A stretch of DNA of 62,873 bases, from positions 22,555-85,427 of the forward strand of contig JAMDDE010000003.1 of the NCBI GenBank assembly GCA_023489235.1, in the 5' to 3' direction. The translations under genes were made by a program, and so were the position numbers. The stretch's first letter is position 1, and each line of letters opens with the position of its first letter. This DNA is from Actinomycetota bacterium (lineage in GTDB: Bacteria; Actinomycetota; Acidimicrobiia; Acidimicrobiales; JAMDDE01). The notes beneath the pieces were generated by a model. That model saw only the letters and a program-made list of their open reading frames with translations, had not been told where the DNA came from and did no database searches. Of this stretch, positions 48,587 through 57,455 are shown piece after piece.

Positions 48587-48674
48587 ACAAACCCCTTCGC
48601 CTTTTCTACAGTCTTTTGCTGGGGTTATACCTTCAGTTGGCAGATATCGCTTTCTGTAGTTAATGTTCGCGAGC

Positions 48675-49442
48675 ATGCAGATAAATGGAGTAGCAGCAAT
48701 TGTCAGTGGAGGTGCTTCTGGGCTAGGAGCTGCCACGGTCAGACGTCTTCACGAGGAGGGAGCTGTTTGCGTCATATTGGATAGGGATGCAGAACGGGCT
48801 AAAGCACTGGCAGAGGAGCTAGGTGGAGGAACTACATTTCTTGCTGGTGATGTGGCTGACCCAGAAGTGGTTTCCGATGCGGTAGAACGTGCTGCCAACA
48901 GTGCTGCATTGCGCATAGCAGTTAACTGTGCTGGGATCGGCTGGGCTGGCCGCGTGGTCAACAGAGATGGTACCCCCCATGATCTCGAGGTGTTCCGTCA
49001 AGTGATCAACGTGAACCTCATCGGTACCTTCAATGTGATGCGTTTAGCTGCTGCAGCAATGTCGAAAACCGACCCCTTGGAGGACGGCGAGCGTGGTGTG
49101 ATCGTCAATACCGCTTCAGTTGCTGCCTTTGAAGGACAGATAGGGCAAATTGCCTACTCTGCTTCCAAGGGAGGGATAGTAGGCATGACCGTACCTGCCG
49201 CCAGGGATTTGTCTCCCGTGGGCATAAGGGTTCTTACCATTGCACCAGGTCTAATGGATACTCCATTGCTAGGGCTTTTGCCAGAGGAGCAGCGTCAGGC
49301 TCTAGGCGCAGGAGTTTTGTTCCCAAAGCGACTTGGTTACCCTGCTGAGTATGCCCAGCTGGTAGTGAGTCTTTGCGAGAACCCCTATCTCAATGCTGAT
49401 GTCATCCGATTGGATGGTGGTCTACGGATGCCTCCTAAGTAA
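48675..49442 (+). CDS. SDR, type II 3-hydroxyacyl-CoA dehydrogenase-like
   Basis: [25 protein letters not shown]. Confidence 0.92.
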   Translation: MQINGVAAIVSGGASGLGAATVRRLHEEGAVCVILDRDAERAKALAEELGGGTTFLAGDVADPEVVSDAVERAANSAALRIAVNCAGIGWAGRVVNRDGTPHDLEVFRQVINVNLIGTFNVMRLAAAAMSKTDPLEDGERGVIVNTASVAAFEGQIGQIAYSASKGGIVGMTVPAARDLSPVGIRVLTIAPGLMDTPLLGLLPEEQRQALGAGVLFPKRLGYPAEYAQLVVSLCENPYLNADVIRLDGGLRMPPK

Positions 49443-49569
49443 ACTCATGGTCGTAGACTGTATTGAGTTGCACCTAGAGTAGTTGTCAGTTGCCTGACAA
49501 TAGTCGGGATCCCTTGGCTTTAACCGTGGGGAGTGTCAATGTGGCCTTGGAACCATCGAGGAGGGCAGA

Positions 49570-50421
49570 GTGATCATCGACCGCATGAGCACAAAGGTAC
49601 ATAGGGTAAACAGCGATGATGGGACCTGTTTATATGTCTTGGAGGGTGGCAATCCCGATGGAATGCCGATTCTCTTCATTCACGGCTATTCTCAGAATCA
49701 TCTCTGTTTTTTCAAACAGTTCAACTCCGAACTCCTTTCGAGGTTCAGACTGATAGCCTTCGATCTACGTGGCCACGGCTACTCTGAAACTCCTGACGAA
49801 GACAGCTGCAAGTCTGCTATTTCATGGGCATCCGATTTGAAGGCTGTAATCGATGCCTTGGGTCTGGAAAAGGTCGTTGCAGTCGCCTGGTCATATGGTG
49901 GATTGGTGCTCTGTGATTACATTGCCACCTATGGTGAAGACAGATTAGCCGCCATCAACTTGGTAGGAGCCAATACCGAGATCGGCGACTCGTTGATGCC
50001 ATATCTGAGTGCACCTTTCTTGGCTGTCATGCCTGCTCTTCTCTCCAATGACGTAACTAGGTCATCTTCGGGAGTTAAGGAGCTCATTGCTTTGCTTACT
50101 GCATCCGCGCTCCCCGATGAACTGTTCTATCTGCTTCTCGGTTACAACATGGCTGTTTCACCCAAGGTAAGGGCCGCCATGGTCATGCGATCTGTCAATC
50201 ACGATGCAACCTTGGCCAACCTATCCGTTCCAGTTCTGGTAAGCCATGGAGAAGATGACAATGTCGTCCTGAAGCCACTTGCAGATCACCACCTCTCCCT
50301 CCTGCAAAACGGTAGTGCTTCCTTCTATCCAGGTGCAGGTCACTCTCCGTTCATGGAGGCAGAGCAACGCTTCGATGCAGACCTTGCCGAGTTGGTAACT
50401 TCAGTCAATCCTGAGGTATGA
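49570..50421 (+). CDS. Alpha/beta hydrolase (non-heme chloroperoxidase-like)
   Basis: FIHG, DLRGHG, AWSYGG nucleophile elbow, GHSPF. Confidence 0.9.
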   Translation: MIIDRMSTKVHRVNSDDGTCLYVLEGGNPDGMPILFIHGYSQNHLCFFKQFNSELLSRFRLIAFDLRGHGYSETPDEDSCKSAISWASDLKAVIDALGLEKVVAVAWSYGGLVLCDYIATYGEDRLAAINLVGANTEIGDSLMPYLSAPFLAVMPALLSNDVTRSSSGVKELIALLTASALPDELFYLLLGYNMAVSPKVRAAMVMRSVNHDATLANLSVPVLVSHGEDDNVVLKPLADHHLSLLQNGSASFYPGAGHSPFMEAEQRFDADLAELVTSVNPEV

Positions 50422-51262
50422 GGGAGATAATGTCTTTCCGTATCCGCTCCGTGACTTCTCCTGGACAACGAGGGACTTCCCAGCCGTCAATTGAAGAAAT
50501 AGGTTGGACATAACGGAGAGAGGAGGTAAGAAACGCTTCCTCCAGCTCTCCTCCTGTTGTTTGCAGGATGCTGCCTGGGATGTCCTCTTGACGGACAGGA
50601 TGACGGGATATGACCAGGTCGCGAATGACTCCGGCTAGGCAACCACTGGACAGGGGAGGGGTTAGAATCTCTCCGCCTATGACCACGAATATATTGGACC
50701 CAGTGCCTTCACATAGATTTCCTGCTGTGTTGAGGAAGACTGCTTCGTCAGCCCCTCTCTGCCTGGCCCATGCCGAGCTCACTACATTCTCCGCATAGGA
50801 AGTAGTTTTGAGGCCAGCCAGAACCCCTCTCTCGTTCCTCGGCCAGGGAGCAATGGCCACCCGCGAGGCATCCTTTGGGATGAGGAGCTGGGTATGAGCT
50901 ACTATCACCAACGGCTTTGACACTCCCCGGGGTGAAGACAAAGGGCCTTCTCCTGCCGTAACCGTTATTCTCACTGCGGCCTCGGATAGCTGGTTGGCTT
51001 CCACGACCGCCATCAAAGCTTGACGCACGAGATCTACATCTATGGGCTCAAGGCCAATTCCCTCGGCTGATCTGACTAATCGAGCAAGGTGGCTATCCAG
51101 GGCAAATGGTTTTCCCTTGTGTACGGCCAACGATTCGAACACCCCATCTCCTGTTAGAAAACCGTGATCGAACACCGATATGCAGGCCTTGTTTGCATCA
51201 ATGAGCCCATCTCCTACCCAAACAACAGACATTCCACTTACCTCCAGATCATGGGGCATCAT
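50405..51262 (-). CDS. PLP-dependent aminotransferase class IV (IlvE/PabC-like)
   Basis: DHGFLTGDGVFE, KTTSY, EGTGSN, LAGVIR. Confidence 0.9.
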   Translation of the reverse strand: MMPHDLEVSGMSVVWVGDGLIDANKACISVFDHGFLTGDGVFESLAVHKGKPFALDSHLARLVRSAEGIGLEPIDVDLVRQALMAVVEANQLSEAAVRITVTAGEGPLSSPRGVSKPLVIVAHTQLLIPKDASRVAIAPWPRNERGVLAGLKTTSYAENVVSSAWARQRGADEAVFLNTAGNLCEGTGSNIFVVIGGEILTPPLSSGCLAGVIRDLVISRHPVRQEDIPGSILQTTGGELEEAFLTSSLRYVQPISSIDGWEVPRCPGEVTERIRKDIISLIPQD

Positions 51263-51416
51263 TCAGCACTACTAGTGGCCTTCGCTGCGAGCCCTCGCCT
51301 CTCATAGCGAGAAACGCGAACGCCGTCCGGTTCAATAGTAGGCCGTTCTAGATGCTTGACATCATTTCCACGATTAAAGTCAGAGGCTTGCGGGATGCAT
51401 TACGATTATTCGAGAA

Positions 51417-51974
51417 CTAAGCTAACCACTCTGGTGCAGCGGCTAATAAGTACTTGCTCACAGCAAGGCAACGTTCGAACACATCGCAGAGGAGTGCTTC
51501 GCCAGCAAGCACCTTGGCTAGTGAGATTTGCAACTTTGCAACAATGGAGAGGCGCCTTTCCGGTCCATCCGTTGCAGAAGCAAAGGAGTCTATTGCGGAA
51601 ACCTCCAGAGGAAGTTCGATGCCTCCTATCCCTGCCAGGTCAACAGCTAGCAGCAGAAGGTCCGGACCTTTTGGCAGTGGAGGTAAAGCCCAGGTGAACG
51701 TCAAAGGGAAGAAGAATTTGTCTGGTGGATCGGAGTCATCGGGCAGCTCCATAACAGTGTCTTCAAAAGCTAGCAGTGTTCTCGGATCTACGTCTAGAGC
51801 CAAGTGCAAGTCCAATGGCCCGCCACATCCTTCTTCTGGATGAAGGTCGACCTCCCAGACCTGACGAAGAGAGTAGGTCTCTACGAAATGCCTCTCATCA
51901 TGCACATGAAAACCATGGTCAACAGCGTGGTCTTTGATCTCGGCCACATACCCAGCCACATCTATTACGGCCAT
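51417..51974 (-). CDS. Hypothetical protein
   Basis: 185-aa acidic, His-rich ORF filling the gap between convergent/divergent neighbours. Confidence 0.65.
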   Translation of the reverse strand: MAVIDVAGYVAEIKDHAVDHGFHVHDERHFVETYSLRQVWEVDLHPEEGCGGPLDLHLALDVDPRTLLAFEDTVMELPDDSDPPDKFFFPLTFTWALPPLPKGPDLLLLAVDLAGIGGIELPLEVSAIDSFASATDGPERRLSIVAKLQISLAKVLAGEALLCDVFERCLAVSKYLLAAAPEWLA

Positions 51975-52068
51975 ACATCTAAGCCTAGTTACTTGGATCC
52001 AGTAAACCCAAAACAGAACTTAAAGTAGTGCAAGACATTGCACGGCATGTCTCTGCTAGCGTGCAAGT

Positions 52069-52809
52069 GTGGATATTGCCGCGATAAGAGGTCTGCTGAA
52101 CAGAGCGGCAGATGCTGTAAAGACTGCGTTAGGGGAATTGACGGACTGGGGATTGGCTGGGACTCGTCCCGGTCAATACAAGAGCGATCTCGTTGCCGAT
52201 AAGGTTGCTTGTGAGATACTTCTCAACGGGGGCCTTGGAATCTTGAGCGAGGAATCTGGAGCTCACAACCCAGATGCCGACATTGTCGTGGTGTTGGATC
52301 CCCTTGATGGCTCTACCAATGCTTCAAGAGGCCTGCCCTGGTATGCTATTAGTCTTTGTGCCATGGATAGCAGTGGACCATTGGTATCTTTGGTGGTCAA
52401 TCTAGCTACGGGGCGACGTTATGAGGCTGTCAGAGATCAGGGTGCATTCAGAGATGGGCGAGCAATTGAAGCGTCACATTGCGCGAAGGTGGACGAGGCA
52501 ATAGTGGGCTTCTCCGGATACCCCGATCACTATATGGGGTGGAGTCAATTCCGAGCTCTAGGAGCTGCTGCTTTAGATCTATGTGCTGTGGCCGAGGGGG
52601 CTATGGATGCTTATGTGGTAGCACAGCGTACCTCCCTTTCCATCTGGGACTATATGGGTGGCTTATTGATCTGCCGAGAGGCAGGGGCTCATGTTGCTGA
52701 TGCGAATGGGCGAGGACTCATCACCCGTGATCTAGCTGTGCGACGCCGTCCTATTGCTGCAGCGAGTGCTGAACTATTGAGTCATTTGTTGGCTTCCTGT
52801 TCTGCTTGA
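52069..52809 (+). CDS. Inositol monophosphatase family protein
   Basis: SEE, DPLDGSTN, WDYMGG. Confidence 0.9.
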   Translation: MDIAAIRGLLNRAADAVKTALGELTDWGLAGTRPGQYKSDLVADKVACEILLNGGLGILSEESGAHNPDADIVVVLDPLDGSTNASRGLPWYAISLCAMDSSGPLVSLVVNLATGRRYEAVRDQGAFRDGRAIEASHCAKVDEAIVGFSGYPDHYMGWSQFRALGAAALDLCAVAEGAMDAYVVAQRTSLSIWDYMGGLLICREAGAHVADANGRGLITRDLAVRRRPIAAASAELLSHLLASCSA

Positions 52810-52879
52810 AGCTTGGTTGAGCCACTCTAATGATGTTGGCCAGTAGCGATCAGCCATGAAGATGATTTTTCAGTAACTT

Positions 52880-52950
52880 TTAGCAAACACCGCCTATCCA
52901 TCCCGTCCCTTTAGGGCCGGGATGGATAGGCGGTCGGGCCGAAGGCCCGA
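52880..52950. mobile_element. IS200/IS605 subterminal hairpin (probable left end, TTAG target)
   Basis: 17-bp arms 52889-52905/52918-52934 around CCCTTTAGGG, second hairpin 52934-52950, just downstream of tnpA. Confidence 0.6.
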
Positions 52951-52952
52951 TG

Positions 52953-53320
52953 TCAAGTGGGTCGATCTTGTGACTCGATATATCGTTTCAGAACATCAAG
53001 TGGAGCACCACCCACGTACGCTACGAAATACGAAGGTGACCAAAGATGCCGCCCCATGCGTGCCTTGCGTATCTCAATGGGGAAGCGTTGCCGTAGGCAA
53101 CGTGAGCTACGTCTTTCATCATGTTGACCAAGCAAGATAGTGAACAGATGGTGGGAACGCCACTAGTGCGTGTAGGTGGTCGGACTCACCATTGAACTTT
53201 AGTAGTCGCCCTCCTTGTTCTTCGCAGGCCTCTCTTATAGTTGCTTCACATGTTTCGAGCATCGGATTCGTGAATACCTTGGGCGATACTTGGGAGTAAA
53301 CACCAAATGAGCCTGGAGAG
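52953..53320 (-). pseudogene. tnpA: IS200/IS605 Y1 transposase remnant, disrupted and 5'-truncated
   Basis: LQAHLVFTPKYR near 53283-53318 and LWSPSYF..VGGAPL...RYIE.Q at C-terminus; no continuous ORF. Confidence 0.88.
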
Positions 53321-53327
53321 CATATCT

Positions 53328-54750
53328 GGCTCTACGCGATCAGGCGTGGGGAGCGTCCCCGTATTCTTGTTGTTTGACGAGTTTCCCATTTAACTCCGGA
53401 ATGCAGCAAAAGGCCTACGCGATAGTTGTCGAAGTTCCGAAATCCATGGCCTATTCTGCGGATTTTCTCAGTGATGAGGTTCTGGGCCTCAAGCGGTCCA
53501 GTTGAGATTTAGGTCACATGGAAGTTGAGGATCTGTTCCTCCCAGCGAGAGATAGTCCTCGATAAGCGGTGAGCTCAACTACGTCTGCTTGAGCTCGTAG
53601 CTGTAAAACTCTTGGAGTCGGGAATATGCCTTTGTCAGGGTTTCTGCGACCTACACCTCATAGAGGAGTTTCTTGGCCAAGATACAAGCTGCTACCTCTC
53701 CGTCTGGATCCCCTTTTACAAGACAGGCGAGGAGCTTTCCAACTTGGCGCTCGGTTAATCGCTCCCACCCCCTTAACATAAGACGTCTGGTGCGATAAAG
53801 GGGGTCAAGCTTGCGCCCCCGGTGGCCCAGTACGGACTGGCTGGAGCTTGTTAAGCGACATTATCCACCATGGCTTGGTAAGCCTTAGCGCGTGGAAGTG
53901 GTCCACGGTAACGGTGACGTCGGGGAGGACTCCAAGGATGCCTCGGAGGTACCCAATATGGGGATCTATGGCCACTGCCTCGATCCGCTGGCGCCAGGCA
54001 GGGGGTCTCTCGGTAAGCCAGGAGGCAACCTCGTCTGCGGTTCTTCCTCTCATGACATCGAGGAGCTCTCCGGTGGCGATGTCGAGGAAAATTCTGGCAT
54101 AGAGGCTGTGGTGGTGCTTGCTGGCAGAGGCCACCTTGTGGCTGTCGATGCCTAGGGCACTTATCCCCTGGATGCGCCCTTAATCATCTACTAGGGGCTT
54201 TCCGTGACGTCGCACACATTCCATGGCACATGCCCAGCTGACCCCGAACTCTTTGGCCACCTGGGCGATACTGTGGCCATCCTCGCCCACTCTGCGACAG
54301 ATCTCCTTCGCTGCCCTGGCGGTGAGGGACCCTTCTACCTCGGGTGCTCCTCGGTGAAGCTCTTGGCCCCACAGTCAAGGTTCCTACAGATCCACCGGCG
54401 CTTTTTCCACACAAGGCGTACTGGCGCTCTACCAAAGGGCAGGTCTCTTATCTGGACTTCGCTTCTACCATGCGCAGTGCCTTGACTTCGAAGCTAGGAC
54501 AGCTGGCCTCATCGGCACTCGTCTCCAGAAGTATCCACACCTCACCGTCCTCTTTTGTCTGGGATAACACGAGAAATCCCCCCATGCCAAGCAGTGCGGT
54601 TGGGTCTTCACTATGGTAACTTATGCCCTGCGTCCTTTCGTTTCTCGTTGCTCGTAACAACAAGAATTGGGGATGCAGGGCCCCCTAGTGGTGGATACCT
54701 ATGAGCGCGTCACCGATCTAGCGCCTACCCACGCCGGAACGCGAAGAGCC
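53328..54750 (-). mobile_element. ISL3-family IS (1423 bp), transposase pseudogenized
   Basis: Terminal IRs GGCTCTACGCGATCAGGCGTGGG / GGCTCTTCGCGTTCCGGCGTGGG (3 mismatches); fragments VAIDP, VDHFH, GFRNFDNYR in separate frames; no target duplication. Confidence 0.9.
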
Positions 54751-55136
54751 ACATTAGCCGAATCCACTGGAGTATCTGTTCTTAACAATGAGCTATATCC
54801 GGTTGATATTCCAGAATCATCCACTAAGTTTGGAGAACTTATCTCTCTTACCAAACAAGAGGTATTCAACACTTGTACGATCCTTTGGAGTGCAGAATTG
54901 TTATTACGTATGCATAGGCATGATAAAGAGGCAGATGATTTACTAAGCGTATTCGAACTCATAGAGGGGAGGCTAATCTCTTGAATTTTATCAAGCTTAA
55001 TTTTCCTAATTTCATCTATTTGTAATAAGCTTAATATGTAGAATTGGTTTATAAGTAAGATTAAAATAATATACAATAAATTTGATAAGCAAAGCGGTAA
55101 CGAGCAAAGTGGGGGCTTGTACTTTTGTTTGCATAT

Positions 55137-55150
55137 TATGTATTTACATA
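55137..55150. promoter_or_regulatory. Palindrome TATGTA-TT-TACATA overlapping a TACAAT -10 upstream of FDH
   Basis: Read directly; regulator unknown. Confidence 0.4.
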
Positions 55151-55262
55151 CAATCTTAGTGCAGCCCCTATCTTTGCGCTTTCTAGGATACAGTATTGTA
55201 CAACTCGACTTTCTCCGATAATCTCAGAGTATCGGGATTGAGTTGCGGCCAGGGGGGAGAGT

Positions 55263-57455
55263 TTGGTAAAGCGAAATAACTCCAATGCATACCTGAATCA
55301 ACAGCTAGCCGAGATCGTTAATCGATATCCCCAAAAAGAGAGTCAATTACTCCCCTTACTTCAAGATGTCCAAAGAGAGTTTGGTTATATTGACGATCCA
55401 GCCATCGAGCTCATTGCCAATCATCTGAACATTTCTCAAGCTGAGGTGTTCGGTGTCATTACCTTCTACAATGACTTTCGTAGAGAGCCTGGAGGGGACT
55501 GTCGCGTACGAATATGTCGAGCTGAAGCTTGCCAATCCATGGGTGCCGAGACCTTGATAACCCATGCCAAAGCCACACTGGGCTTAGAGTTCGGGGAGAC
55601 GACCTCAGATGGACGAATTAGTCTGGATCAGGTATTTTGCCTTGGCAATTGCGCTTTGGCCCCAACGGTGATGATAGATGGGCGAGTGATTGGCAGAGTG
55701 GATCCGGAACGCTTCGATCACTTGCTAGCACGTCTGTCACGGCAACCATCGATACCAGGGAATCTCCGCTCTAGAACACCAGATGGCCTTGACCGATACT
55801 TGTCACAGCTTTCAGCTTCGGTAAGTAGCAAGATTGCTGTTCTGACGGAGCTTGCCATTAGATCAGGGAGTGAATCTTCAGAGCCGATCGAGGTGTTCAT
55901 CCCATCTGACAGCGCCGCGTGTTCAATGGGCGCTGACGAGGTAGCTACAGCTATCGAGAAGTTAGCTTCAGCTACGGGAGAAAACGTAAAGATCGTACGC
56001 ACTGGATCACGAGGAATGCTATGGCTCGAGCCATTGGTCGAAGTCATGACAGAAGCAGGTCGCATTGCTTATGGGCCAGTTGCTGTAAGTGATGTTCCCA
56101 CTTTACTGAGCTCCGGATTTCTTGAAGGTGCTCGAAACCATCGACTCTGCTTGGGCTCACCGGATGAGCTTCCATTCCTGGCCAACCAGACCCGCATCAG
56201 CTTTGGTCGGGTGGGAGTGAACGATCCGTTGTCATTCGAAGAGTTTGCAGCACACGGTGGTCTGACAGGGCTCACATCTGCCCTGGAGATGAGCCAGGAG
56301 GATATAGTCACCGAGATAACCAAGTCAGGCCTCCGAGGGCGCGGGGGTGCTGGTTTCCCAACAGGGATCAAATGGAAGACGGTGCTCGATGTGTCTTCAC
56401 AGTTCAAGTACGTGTGCTGCAATGCTGACGAAGGGGATAGCGGGACATACGCCGATCGCATGCTCATGGAGGGAGATCCGCTCTTGCTAATCGAGGGCAT
56501 GGTGATCGCCGGCATAGCTGTTGGGGCGGAGAAGGGATTCGTCTACATCCGTTCGGAGTACCCCCGTGCAGTGTCAATGATGAAATCAGCTGTCCAGGTA
56601 GCTTATGAGGCAGGTTTGTTGGGAGATTCCGTGCTTGGCTCCTCGTTCTCCTTCGATCTGGAGATCCGGGTTGGCTCAGGTTCCTACGTATGCGGAGAAG
56701 AAACAGCTATGTTGGAGAGCATCGAGGGGCGACGAGGGATGGTGCGCACCAAGCCCCCAGTACCAGCGGTGCAAGGTCTTTTTGGTTGTCCAACGGTAGT
56801 CAACAATGTGCTCTCATTGGCTGCAGTACCTTGGATCATCGCCAATGGTCACGAGGCCTATCGCGACCTTGGAACGGAGCGTTCGTCTGGAACGCAAGTC
56901 TTCCAGTTATCGGGCAATGTACGACATGGAGGGATCGTGGAGATTCCCTTTGGTATCACCCTTGGGGAGCTGGTCGAGGGTTACGGTAACGGTACGGCTA
57001 GTGGTCGACCAATTGGTGCAGTTCAAATTGGTGGGCCACTGGGTGCTTACCTCCCGCCGAGCAAGTTCGATCTACCCATGGACTACGAGTCGTTGGTTGC
57101 TGCTGGTGGCATGCTCGGCCATGGAGGTCTCGTGGTTTTCGACGATACGGTAGAGCTGGGAAGGATGGCTCGCTTTGCCATGGAGTTCTGCGCTGAAGAG
57201 TCGTGTGGTAAGTGCACTCCGTGCAGAGTTGGATCCGTGCGCGGAATGGAGGTCCTGGACCGGATCGGCAGAGGAGAAGATCAAGAGGCCAACTTTGCTC
57301 TGCTGGATGATCTCTGCGAAACGATGGCGGAGGCTTCGCTTTGTGCCATGGGGGCACTGACTCCTATGCCAATAAAAAGTATCCTCAGGTACTTTCCAGA
57401 AAGTTTACATAACGGGGCTTCCAGGGACGGGGCTTCAAGAGGAGATCTTGGGTGA
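55263..57455 (+). CDS. NAD-dependent formate dehydrogenase FdsG-FdsB fusion (NuoE-like + NuoF-like)
   Basis: CRAEAC...CLGNC 2Fe-2S; GLRGRGGAGFP, NADEGD, CGEET, SCGKCTPCR. Confidence 0.9.
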   Translation: MVKRNNSNAYLNQQLAEIVNRYPQKESQLLPLLQDVQREFGYIDDPAIELIANHLNISQAEVFGVITFYNDFRREPGGDCRVRICRAEACQSMGAETLITHAKATLGLEFGETTSDGRISLDQVFCLGNCALAPTVMIDGRVIGRVDPERFDHLLARLSRQPSIPGNLRSRTPDGLDRYLSQLSASVSSKIAVLTELAIRSGSESSEPIEVFIPSDSAACSMGADEVATAIEKLASATGENVKIVRTGSRGMLWLEPLVEVMTEAGRIAYGPVAVSDVPTLLSSGFLEGARNHRLCLGSPDELPFLANQTRISFGRVGVNDPLSFEEFAAHGGLTGLTSALEMSQEDIVTEITKSGLRGRGGAGFPTGIKWKTVLDVSSQFKYVCCNADEGDSGTYADRMLMEGDPLLLIEGMVIAGIAVGAEKGFVYIRSEYPRAVSMMKSAVQVAYEAGLLGDSVLGSSFSFDLEIRVGSGSYVCGEETAMLESIEGRRGMVRTKPPVPAVQGLFGCPTVVNNVLSLAAVPWIIANGHEAYRDLGTERSSGTQVFQLSGNVRHGGIVEIPFGITLGELVEGYGNGTASGRPIGAVQIGGPLGAYLPPSKFDLPMDYESLVAAGGMLGHGGLVVFDDTVELGRMARFAMEFCAEESCGKCTPCRVGSVRGMEVLDRIGRGEDQEANFALLDDLCETMAEASLCAMGALTPMPIKSILRYFPESLHNGASRDGASRGDLG

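Noticed and set aside
54667-54984. 105-aa ORF as an intact gene
   Set aside because: It starts inside the ISL3 end; at most the 3' remnant of a truncated gene
53328-55260. TnpB/omega-RNA system
   Set aside because: No RuvC or zinc-finger TnpB sequence visible; only tnpA and one end remain
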